This document shows, piece after piece, positions 1 through 7,266 of a stretch of DNA of 56,859 nucleotides. Location: the IMG/VR virus record IMGVR_UViG_3300031949_000044, positions 1 to 56,859 of that record. One strand, given 5' to 3'. A program made the translations under genes and the position numbers. The stretch comes from a virus. Its lineage: Duplodnaviria > Caudoviricetes. Under the pieces are notes generated by a model. That model saw nothing but the letters and a program-made list of their open reading frames with translations. It searched no databases and was not told the origin of the DNA. Position 1 is the stretch's first letter; each line of letters starts with the position of its first letter.

Positions 1-99
1 AGCCAGGTCTACGAGGACTGGGCCGAATGCCCATCTGCCTCAAGATGATCCTAGACGCCTGCGAGGCGCACTACATCATGGGGGAGCGGGTGACTCAAG

Positions 100-309
100 T
101 TGACGCGACGGGCTAAGACCACGCTGATCCTGGCCGCCGTCTTCTTCGCTACCGTCCTGGTCATGTCCATGGCTGGCTGTCGCCCAGTCGATGGGCCTGG
201 TCCCCGGACGCCTGGACCTACCGGCAAGACGATCGTCCCCTGGGCTCCCAGTGCCACCAGGACACCAGGCCACGCTGGCCCAGCGAGTACTGGGGACACG
301 AGTCCATGA
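100..309 (+). CDS. Small putative lipoprotein/secreted protein
   Basis: Basic N-terminus, hydrophobic stretch, MAGC lipobox-like motif, Pro/Thr-rich tail; ATGA overlap with the next ORF. Confidence 0.5.
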   Translation: MTRRAKTTLILAAVFFATVLVMSMAGCRPVDGPGPRTPGPTGKTIVPWAPSATRTPGHAGPASTGDTSP

Positions 310-395
310 AACGGATCCCGTTCCCAGTACTCTTGATCCTGGTCCTGGTGGCCGGGTTTATGATCATGACATCGCTGGGATACTGCACCGGATAG
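306..395 (+). CDS. 29-aa single-TM peptide
   Basis: MKRIPFPVLLILVLVAGFMIMTSLGYCTG; start overlaps the upstream stop (ATGA). Confidence 0.45.
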   Translation: MKRIPFPVLLILVLVAGFMIMTSLGYCTG

Positions 396-407
396 CGATA
401 TCCCGGG

Positions 408-1357
408 CCGACTTGACTTCCCTTGCCTGATCCAGGCAGCCCTGTTCCGACTACCCCGATCCCTCCTAGCTCAACTCACGCCGACTTCCCTTGCCCATCC
501 CTGCCTCTGCGGTGCCAGCCAATCCCACCCGACAATCTCACCCGTACCGCCCCGACACTTCACACGCCGACATGCCTTGCCTTACCCCATCTCCTCGTTA
601 CGACGTTCCTCTCCACCCACCCCCTTCCCCGGTTCCGACGAACCCACCCCCTCCTCGCCAGATCGTTACGACATTCCCACCCGCGCCTGCACTTCCCCAG
701 ATCGACAAGCCTCTCCATCTCCGCTCGGTGCCGACCGCTACGACATCCCAAGTCCCGTCAAAACCCGCCTATTCGACATCCCGACTCTCGACAACCCTCG
801 TCTCCGCGACTGGCCAAACTAGTCCACTCCAACCCTGTTCGACCAACCTGTTCCCACCTTTACGACGAACCCGGTCCCGCCTGGTCTTCACCAACCCCTA
901 CGACTTCCTTCTGTGACAAGCCGGACCTACATCTCCCGTCCCAATACGACAGACCTTTCCCTGCCCAACCAACCGACATGCCTACCCACGCCATGATCGT
1001 GACCGCCCATTACGACAATCCCCGCCCACTCCTCACACCCCTGTACGACAGGCCATGCCACGAAAAGCCCCCGTCACCTCAGCCCGCTACGACTACCCGT
1101 TTCACGTCCCCGCACCCCTGTACGACGTGCCTATCCATGCCATGACCGCCCCCACTCTGTACGACAAGCCTTACCCGTCCTGGCCGACCCCGTGCGACAA
1201 GCCGATCCAGGTCAAACTCCACTCCGTCCGCACGACAATCCAGCCCGTTACGTGCTCCTATCATGCCGTTACGACAAACCTAGCCATCATCGATTCAGAT
1301 CAATCCGTTACGACAAGCCCCCCCGGTCTTCTGCACGCCGGCCCAGATGACAATCCA
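408..1357 (+). repeat. Pentamer-periodic array A (about 28 units, CGAC + (NNNCC/NNNNC)x~6); candidate guide-RNA array
   Basis: Example: gac-atgcc-ttgcc-ttacc-ccatc-tcctc-gttac-gac and gac-gaacc-caccc-cctcc-tcgcc-agatc-gttac-gac; the overlapping ORFs are low-complexity Pro/Arg/Thr. Confidence 0.85.
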
Positions 1358-1360
1358 CAG

Positions 1361-1397
1361 AGGGTAGCTCCTGGTCGCCACGATCAGGAGCTACCCT
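1361..1397 (+). terminator. Strong hairpin at the 3' end of array A
   Basis: agggtagctcctg / caggagctaccct perfect 13-bp inverted repeat, extendable by gtcg/cgat. Confidence 0.7.
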
Positions 1398-1403
1398 GTT
1401 GCC

Positions 1404-1679
1404 ATGACCGAGGAACGTTGCCCGTGTGAGGACCTGACCGACGCTGAGCTGCTGGCGTTCGCTGGCGAGGGACGGATCCCCAAGGCTCTCGGTCAGTACT
1501 GGACCCGCGGCGAGGGTGCCGCGAAGATCGGTTGGGGTACCGATGGGGCATTCAAGCGGTGCACCAGACTCCTCCGGGCGAAAGTCAAGGACATGGGCAT
1601 CGACATCGAGGGTCTCTGTGCTAACCTTGAAAAGCGGGCAACCGGACACTGGCCTGCCGAAAAGGTGATCGATAGCTAG
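1404..1679 (+). CDS. Conserved actinophage hypothetical protein
   Basis: YWTRGEGAAKIGWGT...RC...GLCANL...ATGHWP motif pattern recalled from actinophage proteins; AGGAG upstream. Confidence 0.7.
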   Translation: MTEERCPCEDLTDAELLAFAGEGRIPKALGQYWTRGEGAAKIGWGTDGAFKRCTRLLRAKVKDMGIDIEGLCANLEKRATGHWPAEKVIDS

Positions 1680-1686
1680 GAGAGGC

Positions 1687-2268
1687 ATGCGTACATGTGG
1701 ATGGTGCGGGCAGTCCATCGACCACATGGCAAAGATTGCCAAATACTGCTGCCTTCAACATAAAAAGAACGCAGCCTCTAAGCGACACCGAGAACGTAAC
1801 CCTGGTTACTATGCCCAGTACAGTCGATCTCCGACCAGGCTGGCGTACAACGAGGCCAACCTGGACCGCAGGCGCGAACAGTCTCGGCTCAGGATGCGAG
1901 TCCTGCGAACGGAGAAGCCAGAAGCAACGGCCCAGTACGCACGCGACTGGTGGCAGGCCAACAAAAATAAGCACTACGAATACAATCGTCGTCGCAGGGC
2001 CATGAAACTGGCTGGCGGCACTGGAGTCAGTGATACTGACTGACTGAAACTGTTGCGCAGACATAATTTTACATGCGCGTACTGTCCCCGGCGAGGCAAG
2101 TTGACCATGGATCATGTGGTTCCATTGACTCGCGGCGGTCGACACAGCATCGGTAACGTGTTGCCAGCCTGCACCCCCTGCAACAGCGGGAAGGGCGCCT
2201 CTCTCCTTGTTGAATGGAGACGGCGAGCGACCGGCGAATGGCCGGCGGAAAAGGGCGTAGAGTCTTAG
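1687..2268 (+). pseudogene. HNH endonuclease interrupted by an in-frame TGA (2041-2043)
   Basis: ORFs 1687-2043 and 2053-2268 are in the same frame; CAYC...TMDHVVPLTRGGRHSIGNVLPACTPCNSGK is an HNH motif; the stop lies where a Trp (TGG) would be plausible. Confidence 0.8.
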
Positions 2269-2279
2269 GCAGATCCACG

Positions 2280-2317
2280 GCAAACGACCCCAGTCACTGG
2301 AGACTGGGGTCGTTTGC
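2280..2317. terminator. Perfect 16-bp hairpin between convergent units; 3' end of array B
   Basis: gcaaacgaccccagtc-actgga-gactggggtcgtttgc. Confidence 0.8.
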
Positions 2318-2321
2318 GTCG

Positions 2322-3307
2322 TGGACTGTCGCAGAGATCTGGGATGCCAGGGTTAGTCGGCATGTCGTAGTGGCGTGGTTCGTTGGTGATACGGCTTGTC
2401 GTATAGGACGGGTTGGGCCTTGAGGGAACTGGGTCGTCGGAACGAATTGGTGAATTATGCATTGGGTCGTCGGAACGAATTGGTCAGTTAGCGCGGAAGC
2501 GGTACGAGCTGTCGAGGGGGGAGGTTCGAATTGGCTTGGATGGTCGAAATGGAGAGGCATGCCGGGAAAGGGGTTGGCTTGTCACCTGCGCGGAGGTGGC
2601 GCGGAAAGGCTCGTCAGTCGGGGCGTAGAGAGTTGGCTCGGCTCGTCGGATAGGGGCGATAGAGGTGCGTGCCGTGGTGTCGGTCAGTATTGGAGCGGAA
2701 TGATCCGTGAAGTCGTAGGGACCTGGAGTGGCTTGCGCCTGGCAAGTCGAACGGTTGGCCTAGGCGGAGGAGGCAAGGAGCGTCGAATGGGGCGGATGAG
2801 GCGAGGGGCGGTTTGTCGGGTGGATTCGACCAGTCTAGGTCGGGTGAGTCGGGGGGTGTGGTTCGAGCCGGGGAGTCGGCGCGGTTGGGGTATGCGCGGA
2901 GGTGGATGGGTGCGTCGGGCAGGACGGTACTGGGCCGGCACGATCAGGTATGTCGGTCTGGTGAGACTAGATCCGGCCGGGTGCGTCGGATGAGGTTGGG
3001 CTGGCGAAGACGCGGCCAGGTAAGTCGGATTGGGTGGGCCTGGAACGAGTCAGGCACGTCAAGAGGAGTGGCCGGGACGGGTCAGGTGTGTCGGTGAGAA
3101 GCGGAGCGTCCAGATGAGGCTTGGCCTGTCATATGGATTGGCACGAGAGTGGGTGGGGTGGGGAGTCGAATCGGGATGAGGTGAGCCAGGGCCGGGAAGT
3201 CGGCAAGGACATGGCCAGTGATGGTTGGGGAAGTCGCAGTGGCGAGGATCGCGAGGAGCTGGTCAAGGGTAGTCGGTTTGAGACGGGGAGAAAGGCTGGG
3301 GAAGTCG
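2322..3307 (-). repeat. Pentamer-periodic array B (about 30 units), downstream of the RAMP gene
   Basis: On the + strand, GGNNN pentamers with GG-NNN-GTCG delimiters roughly every 33-39 nt; same grammar as array A in reverse complement. Confidence 0.85.
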
Positions 3308-3308
3308 A

Positions 3309-3340
3309 CGCCGGGCTCCAGGTCGCCCCAGAGCCCGGCG
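3309..3340 (-). other. Hairpin between the RAMP stop codon and the start of array B
   Basis: cgccgggctc / gagcccggcg perfect 10-bp stem. Confidence 0.6.
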
Positions 3341-3347
3341 CAGTGAC

Positions 3348-4190
3348 TCAGGCGGCCTGAGGTACCACCGCCGCCGCCTTCTTGGTAGCGGCCTTCTTAG
3401 CCGGCGGCTTGACCACGAGCAGCTCCGCGCCAGCTTCCTTGGGCTCGTTGCGGGTCTGCTCGAAGTGGATGACCCGGTAGCGGCCGAAGCCCTGCGAACG
3501 CGAGGCACCGATCCCTTGCTGCTGACCGGTGACCCAGATCGTCCTCCATGCGGGGCCGGTGAACTCGTAGTCGCAGATCAGGTTCATCACGATGACAGCG
3601 CCATCGACGTACTCCTCGTAGGAGATCGAGGAACCGAACCGGGTCTGGACGAACCGCTGCGCAATCCCCGTGACCTCGGTGACCGGGATGATCCGGGACT
3701 TTGCGTTATTCGGGTCACTGAGCTGCCCGAGGTACAACTCATCTTCCTCCACGAAGCAGTGCTCCGGGAAGAAGTTGGTGATCCATTTCTTGGTCTCACC
3801 CCAGCCGGTGGCCTTCAGGTTCCCGGCCGCCACCGCGACGGACACGGCTTCCTTCAGCGCGGCCTTGGCCTGACGGCCCTCGATGTACCGGATCCCGGTG
3901 ATGGGATCGTGCCGGAAGCCGTTGATGTTGCTTTTCCTGATGACTTCCTCGACGGCGTCTTCCTTGGTGACGACCTCACCGGCCTCGGTCCGGGTGATTA
4001 GGACGCGGGCGACCTCGTCCTGAAGCAACTGGTTGTCATCCATCCCCATCTTTTTGCGCAACCAGCCTTCCACCACGCGGTCGTTGTTGGGGACGCCCCC
4101 TGCAATACGATCGCAGAGCAGGTGTACCTCGTAGCCGAACCGGAAGACCTTGGCCTCCTCTTCGGCGAACACGGACTGAATGTAACTCAT
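3348..4190 (-). CDS. Stand-alone RAMP (Cas7/Csm3-like RRM-fold) protein
   Basis: YIEGRQAKAALKEA resembles the RAMP YIPGSSLKGALR motif; C-terminal glycine loop GIGASRSQGFGRY; strong RBS AAAGGAGA; Lys/Ala-rich tail. Confidence 0.8.
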   Translation of the reverse strand: MSYIQSVFAEEEAKVFRFGYEVHLLCDRIAGGVPNNDRVVEGWLRKKMGMDDNQLLQDEVARVLITRTEAGEVVTKEDAVEEVIRKSNINGFRHDPITGIRYIEGRQAKAALKEAVSVAVAAGNLKATGWGETKKWITNFFPEHCFVEEDELYLGQLSDPNNAKSRIIPVTEVTGIAQRFVQTRFGSSISYEEYVDGAVIVMNLICDYEFTGPAWRTIWVTGQQQGIGASRSQGFGRYRVIHFEQTRNEPKEAGAELLVVKPPAKKAATKKAAAVVPQAA

Positions 4191-4225
4191 GTATTTCTCC
4201 TTTCAATTGGTGTTTCATTGTTGAC

Positions 4226-4931
4226 TGGATAGTCGTAGCGGTATGGGTGAGTGTGGACCTGGGACGGCAAGTCGTAGTGGGACTGGGATGTCTGGACCAG
4301 ACAGGGGTAGTCGTAGTGGTCCGGTGAGGACCGACGGAGCGTTGGCCTGGGGAGTCGGTCGGGGACGTAAGGGGTGGTACGCCGCGTCGATCTGGGTCGT
4401 GTCGTTCCAGGGCCGGACAGTCGGTAGAGGGAAGGGGAGTGCTCTGATCACGTCGTCGTGCCGGGTGGTCGGGTGTGGAGACGGGGGTCGGACGGTCTCG
4501 GTCCGTCGAGCTGGGGGGCATGGATAGGTCAGGCCAGACGAGTCGAAGCGGCTAGATTCGGGTTGGGTGGCTCGGGGTCGTCGTATTGGGGAGATCGGTG
4601 CGGGCAAGGGGTGTCGGTATGGCTGGACTCGCGGTGCACGGGCAAGGGAAGTCGGTCGGGGTAGGAGCAACCTGGGCAGGCGTGTCGTAACGGCTAGGAG
4701 GTCGTGACGCGGGATGAGAAGTCGGAGTAGGCGGGCAGTAAGGGGTCGTCGGATGGGGCGGGCCAGAGATGATGCAGGAAAGTCGCAGTGAGGCGGTCGG
4801 TCATGCATTGGTCAGTCGGGCGGACGTGAGAAGGCCGGGGTTGGCTTGTCGACGCGAAGTGGCCAGGGAGGAAGCGACTAGGCAAGTCGTACGGTTCGAT
4901 GCATCTGGGGTTGACGGGGTGGGGTTAGTCG
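4226..4931 (-). repeat. Pentamer-periodic array C (about 20 delimiters), immediately upstream of the RAMP gene
   Basis: GGNNN-GTCG delimiters mostly 32-34 or 37-39 nt apart; the first overlaps the stop codon of 4925-5455 and the last lies about 30 nt before the RAMP RBS. Confidence 0.85.
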
Positions 4932-5455
4932 TCCGTGCCGGTGAACTGGGCACGCATGGCTTGGATCTGAGCTTCGCTGAACACATCTCCTACAGTCCGG
5001 TCCCCCACTCTTCTGGAGAGTTCCCGGTAGAACGCGGCGAGGAAGCCGTTCTCTCGTGCCCGGTCCTGGTAGCGATCTGCCAGGAAACCCAGGTCTGTCC
5101 TGTTCATGTTCCGGAGTTTCTTCCGGTTATTCTCCCGGTCCACCGCGTGCATGGTCCCGAGAAATGATCTGAGTGGTTCCGTCTTGCCGGCCACGAAGTC
5201 ATCCAGAACGTCGTTGAAGTCCTGTTTCTTCTCTTCTATCACGCCCCTGGCGCGACGGCTGCGGTCCCGATAGTTGATCGCATCATGGAGTAGGTCCGCC
5301 GCTCGGACCTGAAGCCACCCGTTCAGTAGGTCCGGATCCTGAGCCAGTAGCTCAGAGACGATATCCTGCGCCACGATTCGGGATTGATATGTGTCAACCC
5401 CGGTGTGCCGTTCGATGACCAGATCCATCTCCCTGGTGAAATCCCTCTCTCCCAT
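4925..5455 (-). CDS. Helical hypothetical protein, candidate partner of the RAMP
   Basis: 176-aa ORF with GGAGG RBS, same strand and directly 5' of array C and the RAMP gene. Confidence 0.75.
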   Translation of the reverse strand: MGERDFTREMDLVIERHTGVDTYQSRIVAQDIVSELLAQDPDLLNGWLQVRAADLLHDAINYRDRSRRARGVIEEKKQDFNDVLDDFVAGKTEPLRSFLGTMHAVDRENNRKKLRNMNRTDLGFLADRYQDRARENGFLAAFYRELSRRVGDRTVGDVFSEAQIQAMRAQFTGTDD

Positions 5456-5528
5456 GCGTTCCTCCCTTCATTCACGTGTCAAGACAATGGCGTGCATGGA
5501 TTCCATAACGCCTCCCATCAGGAGAAGC

Positions 5529-5562
5529 GGGGTCCCGAGAGTAGGCAACCCCCCGGGACCCC
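5529..5562 (-). terminator. GC-rich hairpin after the ParB-like gene
   Basis: ggggtcccg...cgggacccc; extends with G-U pairs on the minus strand. Confidence 0.55.
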
Positions 5563-5574
5563 CTCCCCCTGAAT

Positions 5575-6435
5575 CTACTTCTCGGTCCAGGGATCCAGCT
5601 TGTTGGACCGAAGGTCCTTGTTATAGATGTCGACCAGGACCATGGCGACCGCACCGGCTTTGGTCAAACGCATGGCGTCGCGGAGCGTGGTCGCCTTGTT
5701 GATCACCTCGCGTGGGCCGCCAGGGACGGCGGTCAGCTTCTTGATCATGTGGCTGCCGTTGACCTTGTCGCCCCTGAACAGCAGGAGCTTCCCCATCCCT
5801 GCCAGGAGCGAGTCGTTCAGGGCGCCGTAGCGGTTACCCCACGCCCCGGAGAGCAGGGATACGGAGGTTTCCGCGAGGTCCACGTCCAGGGCGAACAGTC
5901 TCTCCAGGGTCTTTACGGCTCCGAAATTGCCGTCCGCGATGCCGCCACGCAGGCGCCACTCGTGCTTGACGAGGACGTTGAACATCTTTATTGCCAGCGG
6001 ATCCCGTTCGATAAGCTTGACCCGGAAGATGTCGAGCGGTTGCGGGTGCTTGGTGTTGTTCAGTAGGCGGAATAGCACTGCCTCTTCGGCCGGCGACAGG
6101 TCCTCAAACGCCTTGACCTGCACTTCCATGGACCCCTTGCCCAGAAGGGCTAGTGCGGCCTGCCTGTGCTGCCCGTCGAGGGCGTAGTACTTCCCATCCT
6201 CGCGCCGTGACGCGGTGAGCACGCCGATGGCCTCGGGCCGGTAGTCACCAGCGATGCTGTTGACCCGCTCCACGCTCAGGCGCCTCTGGAGCTTCGGGTC
6301 GATCTTCAGCTCCTGTACCGGCAGCTCGATCATGAAATACGATCGAACATTAGGCGGTGCCGCTAGGGCCTTCTCTACGGCCAGGTCGGCGGCCTCCTGA
6401 GCCTCAGCGTCCAGGCCGATCTTCTCTTCTGTCAC
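5575..6435 (-). CDS. ParB/Srx-like N-terminal (DGQHR) domain protein, DUF6551-like
   Basis: LKIDPKLQR...IGVLTASRR...YALDGQHR motifs; GTG start overlaps the upstream stop and has a GGAGG RBS. Confidence 0.75.
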   Translation of the reverse strand: MTEEKIGLDAEAQEAADLAVEKALAAPPNVRSYFMIELPVQELKIDPKLQRRLSVERVNSIAGDYRPEAIGVLTASRREDGKYYALDGQHRQAALALLGKGSMEVQVKAFEDLSPAEEAVLFRLLNNTKHPQPLDIFRVKLIERDPLAIKMFNVLVKHEWRLRGGIADGNFGAVKTLERLFALDVDLAETSVSLLSGAWGNRYGALNDSLLAGMGKLLLFRGDKVNGSHMIKKLTAVPGGPREVINKATTLRDAMRLTKAGAVAMVLVDIYNKDLRSNKLDPWTEK

Positions 6436-7001
6436 GGTCTCTTGCCCTCCCATCCTTTGAGCACTTGCGGTCTGCCTTCTCTTATCTTGCGGTTGTACCA
6501 CCCGGAGAGTTTCTGGCGCCCAGTCCAGATCTTCTTCGCCAGGGTGGCTACTTCCTCATCACTGATCTGCTCTGGAATGTGTTTCTCCAGCTTTTCCAGG
6601 ATGAGCTGGATCTGATCCAAGTGATGTCCCACTTGATTCATCGCCGATCTGTATTGCGCGGGATCCGTCGTCCCGTTCTGGGAATACAGAAGCCCAATTT
6701 TCGTGCGCAATGTGTCAGGTCCGAATTTGCCGGCCTCGAACTCTTTGAACAGTTCCCTTGCCTCTTTGGTGTGGTCGCCGTTCTCTAAATACGCGACCCG
6801 GTACGATTTCTGTAACCGGTTTAACTCGTACCGAGACATGCCGTGCTCTCGGCAGAACAGATCCTGGAAGTTCCCTCGACCGAACCGGGGTTTCTTGACA
6901 TGTTCAGCCAGGGCTTTGTGGTATTCGATAAACAACGCTTCCCAAGATGGGAATCCTGCTGGACGCGTATCCCTGTTTGGGTCGGCGCGTCGTCTACTCA
7001 T
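6432..7001 (-). CDS. Hypothetical protein (helical, possibly DNA-binding)
   Basis: 189-aa ORF translationally coupled to both neighbours. Confidence 0.7.
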   Translation of the reverse strand: MSRRRADPNRDTRPAGFPSWEALFIEYHKALAEHVKKPRFGRGNFQDLFCREHGMSRYELNRLQKSYRVAYLENGDHTKEARELFKEFEAGKFGPDTLRTKIGLLYSQNGTTDPAQYRSAMNQVGHHLDQIQLILEKLEKHIPEQISDEEVATLAKKIWTGRQKLSGWYNRKIREGRPQVLKGWEGKRP

Positions 7002-7213
7002 AGGCGAGCCCTAGCCGCTTCCCAGCGCTTTACCTCATCCATGCGAATGCGCCACGAGGCCCGTTTCCGGTCGCCGTCCGCCTGCTTCTTGGCGTTCAGG
7101 TTCTCCGCTGCCAGCTCCCCGCGACTGATCATGTTGTAGACAGCCTGCTTGGACACATTCCAGCGGCTACACAGGAACGCCACACCGACCAGGGTCGGTT
7201 CCTCTTTGTCCAT
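6998..7213 (-). CDS. Small HTH (excisionase/MerR-like) DNA-binding protein
   Basis: WNVSKQAVYNMISRGELAA...WRIRMDEV pattern; GGAGG RBS. Confidence 0.8.
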   Translation of the reverse strand: MDKEEPTLVGVAFLCSRWNVSKQAVYNMISRGELAAENLNAKKQADGDRKRASWRIRMDEVKRWEAARARL

Positions 7214-7237
7214 GTCCCTCCTCCCTTTGATCTTTGA

Positions 7238-7266
7238 ACTATATCCTACATAGCCTCTGGAGACAA
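7238..7266 (-). promoter_or_regulatory. Sigma70/HrdB-type promoter for the HTH-ParB-RAMP unit
   Basis: TTGTCT-N17-TATAGT on the minus strand. Confidence 0.6.

Noticed and set aside
423-1429. Long ORFs over array A (423-1145, 491-916, 1055-1429)
   Set aside because: Pro/Arg/Thr low-complexity products of C-rich pentamer repeats, with no RBS or codon bias.
2413-3360. Gly/Arg/Trp-rich ORFs over array B, and similar ORFs over arrays C and D
   Set aside because: Artefacts of the G-rich repeat strand; several overlapping frames are equally open.
408-4931. Calling the arrays CRISPR arrays
   Set aside because: There is no constant 23-47-nt repeat alternating with spacers; only a short delimiter and a 5-nt periodic C/CC are conserved.
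2322-4931. TIGR-Tas-type array
   Set aside because: No recurring box C/D motifs, and the adjacent protein has RAMP rather than Nop-domain motifs.
6998-7213. Excisionase implying an integrating prophage
   Set aside because: No integrase or att site was recognised in the window, so it is kept as a generic HTH protein.
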